NCBI GenBank assembly: GCA_963698765.1 | Contig: CAVOSB010000035.1 | Coordinates: 48,497-112,496 of the forward strand | DNA from: an uncultured Chloroflexia bacterium | GTDB taxonomy: Bacteria; Chloroflexota; Anaerolineae; Anaerolineales; UBA4823 | Direction: 5' to 3' | Length of the DNA stretch: 64,000 nucleotides | In this document: in pieces, positions 42,861 through 51,469 of the stretch | Position numbering within the stretch: the first letter of the stretch is position 1 | How the letters are laid out: every line of letters starts with the position of its first letter | Notes under the pieces: model-generated | What the model was told of the DNA's origin: nothing | What the model saw: the letters and a program-made list of their open reading frames with translations, nothing else | The model's database searches: none | Position numbers and translations under genes: made by a program

Positions 42861-43976
42861 ATGAGCCGGTTGCGTGCTGCAATTACCTCCCTGGTGCGCC
42901 GCCCTGGCGCCGAAGACCACCTGCTGCTCATCCTGCTGGCCTTCGCCCTGAGCGTCACCCTGACGCGCCTGCTGCTGTGGCTGACGGGTTATCCCACTTT
43001 CGGCGGTGAAATCTTTCACATCTCACACGTTCTGTGGGGAGGCCTTTTCCTGTTCGCCGCCGCCCTTTTACCCCTGATCTTCGCCAACCAGCGCATCTAC
43101 CGCCTGACTGCCATCCTGGCCGGCCTGGGCGTGGGCCTGTTCATCGACGAAGTAGGGAAATTCATCACCCACAGCTACGATTATTTTTACCCTTTCGCCG
43201 CACCGATCATCTACGCCTTCTTTCTGGCCGGCGTGCTGGTCTACCTGCAGGTCAGCAAGCCTCGCATCCGGAACGCTCGTATCGAGCTGTACGCCGCCGT
43301 GGAATACCTGGAGCAGGTGCTGGAGAGAGACCTCGACCCGCACGAGCGCCGCCTGCTGTCCATGCACCTGGAATCAGCTGCCAGTCAGAATGAGGAACCG
43401 GAGCTGGCCCACCTGGCAAACCTGTTGCTGGGTTTCGTGAACGGCGATGCGATCCTCGAAGTCCCGCCTTCACAAGGCTGGCTGGATAACCTGCAATCCA
43501 GGTTCCAATCCTGGCAGTCCCGGCTGTACGCAAGACCCGCCGCCCTGCCGGGTATGGTTGCCGGGCTTGGGATGCTTGGGCTTTCCAGCTTATCGGCCTC
43601 AATCTGGCTGGTGGTCAGCAATATCCAGATAACAGAGTTCGAGGTGGGCTTTTTCACCCGTCTGAATACCAGCACCGAATACTCCTGGTGGATATTTACC
43701 CTGGCTTTCATCCTGGGGATTACCGGGCTTGGCCTGCTGCTTGGTGCAGGCTGGATATGGCTTGGACGGAAGCGGATGAAGCCTGGTTCTGCACTCCCAC
43801 CTCTAAATTATTCTCGTTATTCGAAGGGGCTGCGCTGGAGCTTCACTTCCCTGGTGCTCCAGCTGACCGTGCTGGATTTGCTGCTCTTCTACTATCTACA
43901 ATTCGGCTCCGCCGTGCTGGTCTTGATCCAGTTTACATTGCTGCTGGCGGTCATCCATTACCAGCGGGCTGCTTAG
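42861..43976 (+). CDS. Polytopic membrane protein, function unknown
   Basis: The 371-aa ORF has about 8 hydrophobic segments. I recognise no family motif. Confidence 0.5.
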   Translation: MSRLRAAITSLVRRPGAEDHLLLILLAFALSVTLTRLLLWLTGYPTFGGEIFHISHVLWGGLFLFAAALLPLIFANQRIYRLTAILAGLGVGLFIDEVGKFITHSYDYFYPFAAPIIYAFFLAGVLVYLQVSKPRIRNARIELYAAVEYLEQVLERDLDPHERRLLSMHLESAASQNEEPELAHLANLLLGFVNGDAILEVPPSQGWLDNLQSRFQSWQSRLYARPAALPGMVAGLGMLGLSSLSASIWLVVSNIQITEFEVGFFTRLNTSTEYSWWIFTLAFILGITGLGLLLGAGWIWLGRKRMKPGSALPPLNYSRYSKGLRWSFTSLVLQLTVLDLLLFYYLQFGSAVLVLIQFTLLLAVIHYQRAA

Positions 43977-43984
43977 CCAGTTTT

Positions 43985-44521
43985 TCACGCCTCCGCGGGT
44001 GCATTATTTATCATCGCTTCCAGCGCAGCCAGGTTTCCGGCACACTGCGTTTCAAGCAGCGGTGCACATTCAGCAATTCGTTTTAGTGAGGCGGCAAGCT
44101 TCAGAGCAAAAGAAAAACAGGTCGGCTCCCCGCACTGCCTGCAGTTAGTATTGGGAAGCAGTTTATAGATCGCCATCGGTGCTGGGCGTTGGCGTGTTGT
44201 GGAATCTGGATTGATTTCGGTTCGCCGTTCCCAGGTCCGATTCACCAGTTCAACTAATCCCTCCAGCTCCTCTTCCGCCTCCTGTCGATCTTCTAGGTTG
44301 CTGGTAGCGATTTCAAGAGCATGGAAAGCGATGTGATGCCCTCCCTGCTTCCAGGTCAGGGCATGGGCTCCGGGGATGTAGATCGCCCCTTGCAGCGTGG
44401 CATTGAGGTAAGGCAGCACTTCGGAAATATCGCTTCTCAGATGCGCACGTGCAGCATAGCGCTCCGCACCCGGGTCGCAGGGCGGGGTAAAAACTTCAAT
44501 GCCGTAATCTTCAATTAACAC
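43985..44521 (-). CDS. Fe-S cluster-binding protein (RnfB/CFeSP-type N-terminal 4Fe-4S motif located near its C-terminus)
   Basis: The 178-aa ORF contains LLPNTNCRQCGEPTCFSFALKLA, matching the LPxxNCxxCGxxTCxxFA motif. Confidence 0.6.
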   Translation of the reverse strand: MLIEDYGIEVFTPPCDPGAERYAARAHLRSDISEVLPYLNATLQGAIYIPGAHALTWKQGGHHIAFHALEIATSNLEDRQEAEEELEGLVELVNRTWERRTEINPDSTTRQRPAPMAIYKLLPNTNCRQCGEPTCFSFALKLAASLKRIAECAPLLETQCAGNLAALEAMINNAPAEA

Positions 44522-44585
44522 ATGAGCTCCTTGTTATGGCAGATTTCATGCTTTCATTTCAGATGCGAAGGTAGTCCTTTTGAGA

Positions 44586-46157
44586 TCATTTACGCTTCTC
44601 CAGGCAAATCGCGTTTATGGCCGGTCTCAAACTGAAGAGCAGCAGCAGTGTGACGATAATTGCTGAAGCCAGGCACCACAGACACACCGCCTGGATCACG
44701 AACGGTTCCAGGTAAGTCAGGTACAGGGAGAACAGCGTGCCGAACAGCGCCATGCCGGTCACCGCCAGGGCCGCAAAGCCAGAATTGCGGCCGCCCTTCA
44801 ATCGTCCCCACATCCAGGCTGCCAGTATCCCCAGGTAACCAGCCACCCCCAGCAATCCGATCGGAATGAGGCCAAACAGGCGCGCATACGGACTGGACTG
44901 CACCGCGTTGCAGTCGCCCACCGGCCCGCAGACAGCATGCACCAGCTGTGTCTCCACGTAGGACAGGTAACCTGCCACACCCAGGCCGACCAGCGCTAAT
45001 ATTGGGATCGCCCAGGCCTGCCAGGTCGGAACTGGGTGGAAATTCCCGCCCCGCACCACTGCCAGAATCAGCCGGATGATTGAATAAACTAGCGCTACCC
45101 CCATGGCTGCCAGCACTGTAATCGCCAGCACGAAGCCGTCAGGCTTTTGCTCTTTAGCCGGCGTGAACTGCACTTCTACCGCTGTAGGAACAGGTTCAGG
45201 CGTGGCTGTGGCCTGTCCCGGCGGCTCCGGCACTGCCGGGTAATCGATCCCGCCGGCTGCCAGGTAACCTTCAACCAACCCTGGCAGTTCCGCCTCGATC
45301 CGGTCGCCCATCAGCACGTGTTCGCCGATCATGATCATTGGCAGATCCGTCTGCTCGCGCTCGAATCCATGGCTGGCTGCCAGCTCGTAAATGTACTCCA
45401 CCTGCTCGGAGGTGCGGATGTCGATTGAACGGTACTCAAACCGGTCTCCATACTTCTCAATCAAAGGTCTTAATATGACTGCCAGCTCACCCCGGCAGGT
45501 ATGGCAGTCCAGTGTCGTGAACACGACCGCCCGCGCCACCCCGCCTGTAAATACCTGCTCGCTGGTTCCCACTGCAGTCGCCGGTGTCTCCATGGTCTGG
45601 TCCAGCCAGGACGGCCAATCCAGACCTCCTCGGGCCAGGTATTCTTCGATCAAACCGGGCAGCTCGGATTGGATCTGGTCTGACCCGATCAGGGCATACT
45701 CGTCCAGAATTAAAAATGGCACAAAAACCTGGTCCTTCGGCACACCCAGGTTGGCAGCCACACTGACCAGATGTTCATAATCATCCAGGCCGACCACCTC
45801 AATCAATCGAACCTGGAATTGATCCCCATATTTCTCTTGTAAGGGCGGCAGCACATTCTCCAGGACATTATGGCAGCTGGGACAGCCGTTGATCCAGAAC
45901 ATCACGGCCCGCACGACCGGTCCAGTGGGTTCAGGGGTCGTTTCATCTGTAGAAGAGTAATTAATTGTGTGATCACATCCGATGCAAACACTTATAGGAG
46001 CTTCTTCAAGTGATCCTGGATCAGTCGCTGTACTGTCGATTGAAATCGTCGTCTGAATTGCCAAAGGCTGGGCATCAATTTCAGATAACTGGGGCGCTGT
46101 CCGGGTGCAAAATATGGCAGCCAGGCTGAGAGCAGCCATCCAAAGACTGGTGGTCAA
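44586..46157 (-). CDS. Fusion of two thioredoxin-like domains and a VKOR (vitamin K epoxide reductase) membrane domain
   Basis: Trx-like 1 is MFWINGCPSCHNVL. Trx-like 2 is VFTTLDCHTCRGEL. The VKOR domain has the loop cysteines CGPVGDC and the active site CLWC, with 4-5 TM helices. Confidence 0.82.
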   Translation of the reverse strand: MTTSLWMAALSLAAIFCTRTAPQLSEIDAQPLAIQTTISIDSTATDPGSLEEAPISVCIGCDHTINYSSTDETTPEPTGPVVRAVMFWINGCPSCHNVLENVLPPLQEKYGDQFQVRLIEVVGLDDYEHLVSVAANLGVPKDQVFVPFLILDEYALIGSDQIQSELPGLIEEYLARGGLDWPSWLDQTMETPATAVGTSEQVFTGGVARAVVFTTLDCHTCRGELAVILRPLIEKYGDRFEYRSIDIRTSEQVEYIYELAASHGFEREQTDLPMIMIGEHVLMGDRIEAELPGLVEGYLAAGGIDYPAVPEPPGQATATPEPVPTAVEVQFTPAKEQKPDGFVLAITVLAAMGVALVYSIIRLILAVVRGGNFHPVPTWQAWAIPILALVGLGVAGYLSYVETQLVHAVCGPVGDCNAVQSSPYARLFGLIPIGLLGVAGYLGILAAWMWGRLKGGRNSGFAALAVTGMALFGTLFSLYLTYLEPFVIQAVCLWCLASAIIVTLLLLFSLRPAINAICLEKRK

Positions 46158-46260
46158 TTTGATTAATCTATACCCATATCAACTTAAAGTCACACAATGG
46201 CCATGATCCTCAGGAAACCGGCCTGAGGTGAGCGCGAAAATCCTGGCTCTCTATACCTGT

Positions 46261-46554
46261 TCACGCTCTCGACTTCTGCCGGGAAAAGAAGGCATCATAC
46301 GCTCGGCGCAAGGCAGATGCATAATCGACCTCGGTTTCCTCTCGCCTGGGAATGTAATTGGATTGCCGAGCCATGCCTATCAGCTCCGTGTCTGTGGCAT
46401 CATCGGGGCAGCGACCCATCGCTACCAATTGCTGGAAAACTTGGTCAAGTCCTCTCATCCCAACTGTACGACCCTGCACTCCGATCTGGAGGTAGGTAAT
46501 GCCATCGACATTGGGAAGACAACAGGCACCGGAATTTGACGGTATTTTGGTCAT
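46261..46554 (-). CDS. Small Cys-Cys domain protein of unknown function (same domain as the C-terminus of the DGC fusion at 47.6-48.0 kb)
   Basis: The 97-aa ORF has an AGGAGG RBS 8 nt upstream. It reads GACCLPNVDGITYLQIGVQGRTVGMRGLDQVFQQL...ELIGMARQSNYIPRREETEVDYASALRRAYDAFF. Confidence 0.55.
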   Translation of the reverse strand: MTKIPSNSGACCLPNVDGITYLQIGVQGRTVGMRGLDQVFQQLVAMGRCPDDATDTELIGMARQSNYIPRREETEVDYASALRRAYDAFFSRQKSRA

Positions 46555-46758
46555 TGCGCTATCCTCCTTTGGTATGAGGGGGAGGATGGATGGTTACTTC
46601 TTCATCAGGCTTTCTAAAGGTGGGTACCCAGCATGCCTCACTGCCAGCTGGTTTGGATACCATATCTTTGATCTCCTGGCTAAAACTTATTCCAACTCCA
46701 AAAAAAATCATACTGGTAAGAATACACTTCTCGAGCCTAAGCTTTTTTCGGGTAAGTA

Positions 46759-47088
46759 TTAATCAATGGCATCCAGGGCATGGACTGCATAGATGGAACC
46801 TGGGCCACCGCCCATCAGCAGTCCGACGCCAACGGTCTCCAGCAGTTCCTGGCGGGTGGCGCCAGCAACAACAGCATCGTGAACGTGGTACACAATGCAG
46901 CCCTCGCAGCCAACTACGATGCTGATCGCCAGTGCCATCATTTCTTTAATCTTGCGGCTCAGCGCCCCGTCTTCTACGCCTTTTTTATGCAGCCGGGCGA
47001 AACCGCTCATCGGTCCAGGGATCTGGCTTCCGAGCTGCGCCAGCCGGTCCTCAAAATACTTGTAAGAATCGTCGAAATCAGTTTTCAT
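46759..47088 (-). CDS. Carboxymuconolactone decarboxylase (AhpD-like) family protein with CxxC
   Basis: The 109-aa ORF reads KEMMALAISIVVGCEGCIVYHV...GATRQELLETVGVGLLMGGGP. Confidence 0.85.
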   Translation of the reverse strand: MKTDFDDSYKYFEDRLAQLGSQIPGPMSGFARLHKKGVEDGALSRKIKEMMALAISIVVGCEGCIVYHVHDAVVAGATRQELLETVGVGLLMGGGPGSIYAVHALDAID

Positions 47089-47183
47089 AAGAATTCAATG
47101 TCGTAAAAGTAAGGCATTCAAGAAACGAATATCACCTCGCCATAAAAATCCTCTGCCCGACAAGTGAAGATCAAACAAGAGAT

Positions 47184-47637
47184 TCAGGCCGTTATTTCAA
47201 TCTGCGGCTCGATGATCACCTCGGATTTCACGGAATTAGCCACCAGGCTGTATTTCTGCGCCGACTGGATCGCCCGCCGGGCGCGGGCTTCGACGACATT
47301 GGGATCTTCGATGGCCGGCGGCGATGCGGATGACAGGCCACAGGCGCAGGTGGGTAAAAATCTCGGTACGATCCAGCTCAATCAGCTTGGTGCCCTCCGC
47401 CCGGCATTCGTATGAGAGCAGGTTGAGCTTGAAGCGTTCGGTGGCCCAGATGAACATCATCATGATGCAGGTGTTGGCGGCGGCTACAAAGGCATCTTCG
47501 GGTGTGAAAACGCCCGGGTGTCCCTGGGCGTCCGGCGGGGCGGAAAAATCCATCTCCGGACCGTTGCCCATAGCGATGTGACCCCAGTGTTCACCTTTCC
47601 AGGTGACGGTGGTGTTGTAAGCTGCGGTGCGGCTCAT
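47184..47637 (-). CDS. OsmC/Ohr-family protein (frameshift near 47350)
   Basis: MSRTAAYNTTVTWKGEHWG...FTPEDAFVAAANTCIMMMF... The tail is restored in ORF 47184..47381 (ARRAIQSAQKYSLVANSVKSEVIIEP). The position where I expected the second (resolving) Cys reads Ser in my translation. Confidence 0.75.
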
Positions 47638-48370
47638 ACAGGGCTCTCCTGCTGATGCAGAAGGCTTCATATTCACGCAGCAAAGCGGCGGAAAAGACTT
47701 CTTCCGCGCCGTTCGGGATGGGGTTATAAATTTTTACCATTTCAAGCAATTCTCTGCCCGGTGCTCATCGGAAGGCATTTTGCCATCCTCTCGCAATTTT
47801 TCGAAATATCAGCGGCAGGGCCATCAACCTGACATTTTCGCCGTCGATCTGAATTTCCTGAATTGGGATACCGGATCCGCAGGAACAGGTGGCTTGTATG
47901 GCATCCGGATGTTCAGCAACCGGCTCAATCGTGATGAATTCGCCGCTGTTCCGGCTCCACCGCTTGTCCAGAAGTTCATCCACCAGGTCTGCCATCCGCA
48001 TTGGCAACGAGGTCGACCGCCAACAGCCCTGCCTGGTCCAACCGGCGGCGACCCTGGGGTTTCTCCATCCCATTCTCTTGCACCAGGTCGGTCACGACCA
48101 GGCTGGCGGCAGGTTTACCGGAGTACATTTCGGTGGCACGGGCTGCACAGCGCTCATCGCAACCGTCCACAGCGATGGTGGGATAAAATCGGGCAAAGGC
48201 GCGATCTCCTTCACCGCCGGCCAGGAAGAGCGGCAGGCAGATGGTCACAGTGTCGTTGGGACGCAGCTGCTCCAGCACTTTCAAGGCAGCCAGGCGAGTT
48301 ACCGTGCCTTCCGCGAGCTCTTCTCCGGAACAGGCCACAATTCCACTTTTTTCTTCGGCAGATCAACCAT
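47600..48370 (-). CDS. DGC-domain protein fused to the Cys-Cys domain (several frameshifts; 3' end uncertain)
   Basis: MVDLPKKK..IVACSGEELAEGTVTRLAALKVL...PTIAVDGCDERCAARATE (the DGC motif). This is followed by ATCSCGSGIPIQEIQIDGENVRLMALPLIF / EKLREDGKMPSDEHRA / LLEMVKIYNPIPNGAEEVFSAALLREYEAFC. The start overlaps the upstream stop (ATGGTTGA). Confidence 0.6.
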
Positions 48371-48759
48371 TCTGGCCTTCCTTGCGGAGCTCATCCACGA
48401 CTTTGGCCGCCTCTTCCGCCAGGGCACGCGCCAGTTGTTCTCCGCCCTCATTGAGCTCGGCGATCCCCTGAGGCTTGAACTGTCGATAGCGACGATAAAC
48501 ATCCAGCACCGCAAAATCTTGGGCCACAACTCCGCCGCTTTCTTGCACCATTTTCGTGGCGCAAGCCAGCTTACAGCCATCAATGGTAATCGCCGGACTG
48601 GCTGCCACTGCCTGGCGAGCGGATCTCATCCCCAAGCACAAGCAGGGATAAGGGTACCAGTTGTGTGGTGTCAGGGCGAAGGTCTTCGGTCAGGTCATAA
48701 GCTGCTTCTCGGCTGACCGTGCCATAGGTCTTGCCGATGCCGCTGCACGGCACGATCAC
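48363..48759 (-). CDS. DGC-domain (putative metal-binding) protein (frameshift near 48625)
   Basis: A GTG start follows a GGAGAG RBS. The sequence reads VIVPCSGIGKTYGTVSREAAYDLTEDLRPD..., then AITIDGCKLACATKMVQESGG. Confidence 0.65.
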
Positions 48760-48793
48760 AACTCTCCTGTGTGGTTATTTCGAGAGTTTTCGC

Positions 48794-49243
48794 TCATAAC
48801 TTTTTCGCCTCTTCTTCGGCCTGCGCTTTCATGCGCACAAAATAAGCCTGAGCGTCGAGCAAGCGAGAGCGGTCGGCAGCCCAATCGGCAGGCTCGATCA
48901 CCGCCAGCCAGCCCTCGCCATAGGGATCCTGGTTGATAGCTTCGGGAGCTTCTTCCATTGCCGGGTTAACCTCAACGATGTTTCCCATCACTGGCGAAGT
49001 GAAAGCAATATTAACTTTGATGGTTTCAATCACTGCCACCTCATCCCCAACAGCGAGTGCCGTTCCGGCCGGTTTGATCTCGGCAAAAGCCACATCACCG
49101 CTGCGCTGCTGCACGAAGTCCGAAAGGCCGATGCGTAGGCGCCCATTTTCCTCTTTAACCCATAAACCCTCGTCGCTGTAATAACGGTCAGTGGCAACCC
49201 GGAAGATGAATTTATCAACGGTGGTTTCTAAATAATCTGTCAC
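48794..49243 (-). CDS. GcvH-like lipoyl-carrier protein
   Basis: The 149-aa ORF reads GLWVKEENGRLRIGLSDFVQQRSGDVAFAEI...VGDEVAVIETIKVNIAFTSPVMGNIVEVN...DPYGEGWL. The Lys in ETIKV aligns with the lipoyl-lysine of the ESVKA motif. No gcvP or gcvT is nearby. Confidence 0.85.
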   Translation of the reverse strand: MTDYLETTVDKFIFRVATDRYYSDEGLWVKEENGRLRIGLSDFVQQRSGDVAFAEIKPAGTALAVGDEVAVIETIKVNIAFTSPVMGNIVEVNPAMEEAPEAINQDPYGEGWLAVIEPADWAADRSRLLDAQAYFVRMKAQAEEEAKKL

Positions 49244-49252
49244 GAAATGCTC

Positions 49253-50404
49253 CTATTTGAATGGTTTTCCAGAATCCGAGCTGGATCCGGCGGCAACGGC
49301 TATTGTAGGTGTGACGATCAACGCATCTTTGAAATAGCGTTTTTGCAGCCTGAAAGCTACATTGACCAGCCCGATCATCACCGGCACTTCCACCAGGGGT
49401 CCAATCACAGCCGCAAAAGCCTCCCCCGAGGAGATGCCGAACACCGCCACCGCGACCGCAATCGCCAGCTCGAAGTTATTGCTGGCGGCGGTGAATGCCA
49501 GGGTGGCTGTTTTGCTGTAGTCTGCCCCAATAGCCCGGCCCATGAAGAAGCTGACCAGGAACATAATCACGAAGTAGAACAGCAGTGGGATGGCGATGCG
49601 CACTACATCAAATGGGATGGTAAGGATCAGCTCGCCTTTCAGGCTGAACATGACCACGATGGTGAACAGCAAGGCAATCAAAGTCAGTGGGCTGATTTTG
49701 GGGATGAAGGTTTTGTAATACCAATCCCGGCCTTTCGCACGGATCAGGATGAAGTGCGTCAGGAAGCCGGCAATGAAGGGAATGCCCAGGTAGATGAAGA
49801 CGCTTTCGGCAATCTGCCGCATGGTGATATCCACCTCGCTGCCCTGCATTCCCAGTCGCGCCGGCAACACGGTGATGAATATATAGGCGTAAACGCTGTA
49901 AAACAGCACCTGGAAGATGCTGTTAAATGCCACCAGTCCGGCCGCGTATTCGCTGTCGCCTTTTGCCAGCTCGTTCCACACGATCACCATGGCAATGCAG
50001 CGCGCCAGCCCGATGAGAATTAATCCGTTCATATATGCCGGATAATCGCTCAAGAAAACCACTGCCAGGATGAACATCAGGATCGGGCCGATCACCCAGT
50101 TCTGAATCAGCGAGAGACCCAACACCTTCCAGTTGCGGAAGACGTCACCCAGCTCCTCGTAATGCACCTTTGCCAGCGGCGGGTACATCATCAGGATCAA
50201 TCCAATGGCGATGGGGATGTTGGTGGTACCAACGGATACCGCCTGGTTGAAGTTTTCCACAGCAGTGGGGAATAGATACCCGATACCCACCCCGATGGCC
50301 ATGGCCAGGAAAATCCAAAGCGTGAGGTAGCGGTCCAGGGTGGAAAGCTGGCGGGAGACGCCTTGGGCTGGTTGTGGGATAGTCTCTGCTTTCGTGCTGG
50401 CCAT
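49253..50404 (-). CDS. acr3: Arsenite efflux permease, ACR3 family
   Basis: The likely start is MASTKAE. The sequence reads [24 protein letters not shown], with the conserved [13 protein letters not shown] Cys motif and about 10 TM helices. Confidence 0.92.
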   Translation of the reverse strand: MASTKAETIPQPAQGVSRQLSTLDRYLTLWIFLAMAIGVGIGYLFPTAVENFNQAVSVGTTNIPIAIGLILMMYPPLAKVHYEELGDVFRNWKVLGLSLIQNWVIGPILMFILAVVFLSDYPAYMNGLILIGLARCIAMVIVWNELAKGDSEYAAGLVAFNSIFQVLFYSVYAYIFITVLPARLGMQGSEVDITMRQIAESVFIYLGIPFIAGFLTHFILIRAKGRDWYYKTFIPKISPLTLIALLFTIVVMFSLKGELILTIPFDVVRIAIPLLFYFVIMFLVSFFMGRAIGADYSKTATLAFTAASNNFELAIAVAVAVFGISSGEAFAAVIGPLVEVPVMIGLVNVAFRLQKRYFKDALIVTPTIAVAAGSSSDSGKPFK

Positions 50405-50406
50405 AA

Positions 50407-50661
50407 TTACACCGCTTCCATAGAAGAGTCTGCCAGCCAGGTAGTCACTTCGGCTGGGGTGGGAATGCGACCCGCGCACACCAGCTTTTCATTGATTACC
50501 AGCCCTGGAGTGGACAGAATCGGGTACTGCATAATTTCGCTGTAATCGGTGACCTTTATGAAGTCGGCCTCAATGCCCAGGATCGTCACTGCCTGCCGGG
50601 CGACAGTTTCCACCTTTTTGCAGTTGTCACATCCAGGTCCAAGAACTTTGATAGTAAGCAT
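50407..50661 (-). CDS. Small thioredoxin-fold protein (redox-active disulfide protein 2 type)
   Basis: The 84-aa ORF reads [16 protein letters not shown]...[18 protein letters not shown]. Its stop lies 2 nt before the acr3 start. Confidence 0.8.
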   Translation of the reverse strand: MLTIKVLGPGCDNCKKVETVARQAVTILGIEADFIKVTDYSEIMQYPILSTPGLVINEKLVCAGRIPTPAEVTTWLADSSMEAV

Positions 50662-50837
50662 GTAAACCTCCGATATTGTAAGATTTGAATTCTTAATTCG
50701 GCATTTATGCCACCAACCTCAATCCGCTGAAGTTGGTATGTGTCTGGTATTTATTTGGAGATTGAGTTTGTTAAACAGATTAAGCGTACCCGCCAGCATG
50801 GCCAGGAAAACAGCCATATTCCCCAGGCCGCCCTGGA

Positions 50838-51296
50838 TCAGCTCCATCGCAATTCCCATGCTACCCAATGTCCTCCAACCGAATTCACAACGAGGAAAAT
50901 CATCCTGTTTGATATCACCGCAGCGATTACCGGCAGGCAATTCGGGCAGGAGCATTCGTTCAGGATCAATTGAGGGGTATTGGCAGCCAGCCCTTCATCG
51001 GATACTCTCGTGATGCGGGCCGCCTGTCGAATCAAGTCCAGCACAGCTGGGTCTGAAAGGCGGTAGAAAATGAAGCGCCCTTCCCGGCGGTCTGTGACTA
51101 CTCCAGCATTGCGCAGGGCGATCAGCTGCTGCGAGATGTACACCTGGCGCTGTACGAGAGCAGCCTCCAGGTGGCAGACGCAGGCTTCGCCCTCTCCGAT
51201 TGCCAGCAGGATTTTCAGCCGCTCGGGCTGGCTGATGGCTTTTAAAAGGCGCGATATTTTGATCGGTGAATTTTCAATCATGGTTGATATATTCAT
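50838..51296 (-). CDS. arsR: ArsR/SmtB-family metalloregulator (C-terminus uncertain)
   Basis: LKAISQPERLKILLAIGEGEACVCHLEAAL...ISQQLIALRNAGVVTDRREGRFIFYRL (HTH plus a CVC site), with an additional CSCPNC near the C-terminus. Beyond about 50950 two frames are both open. Confidence 0.8.
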   Translation of the reverse strand: MNISTMIENSPIKISRLLKAISQPERLKILLAIGEGEACVCHLEAALVQRQVYISQQLIALRNAGVVTDRREGRFIFYRLSDPAVLDLIRQAARITRVSDEGLAANTPQLILNECSCPNCLPVIAAVISNRMIFLVVNSVGGHWVAWELRWS

Positions 51297-51392
51297 TAAG
51301 TGAAATATTCAGTATTTTGAATATATTATCCTCACTTCTCTTCCTGGTCTAGTGACAAATGTCACATAGTTGATCCTGACAGAATTCAGCGC

Positions 51393-51438
51393 TTGACAAA
51401 TCCTCAATACCGCGTTATTATATCAATATATATTGATA
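51393..51438 (+). promoter_or_regulatory. Promoter plus 18-bp perfect palindrome (candidate ArsR operator) in the divergent ars intergenic region
   Basis: TTGACA (51393-51398), a 17-nt spacer, then TATTAT (51416-51421). This is followed by TATCAATATATATTGATA (51421-51438), which overlaps the -10 and the start site. Confidence 0.5.
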
Positions 51439-51469
51439 CAATATAGCTTGATATGTTTCAAGGTTCCAG

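Noticed and set aside
46559-46663. A 34-aa small ORF (MVSKPAGSEACWVPTFRKPDEEVTIHPPPHTKGG) with an AGGAG RBS between the CMD gene and the Cys-Cys domain gene.
   Set aside because: It is too short, with no recognisable motif and no supporting conservation that I can assess. It is kept only as a note.
47765-47767. An in-frame TGA inside the DGC-fusion gene as a possible selenocysteine codon.
   Set aside because: Homology to the stand-alone Cys-Cys domain is restored by reading about 16 residues in a different frame (EKLREDGKMPSDEHRA). This points to two compensating indels rather than recoding. I saw no SECIS-like hairpin.
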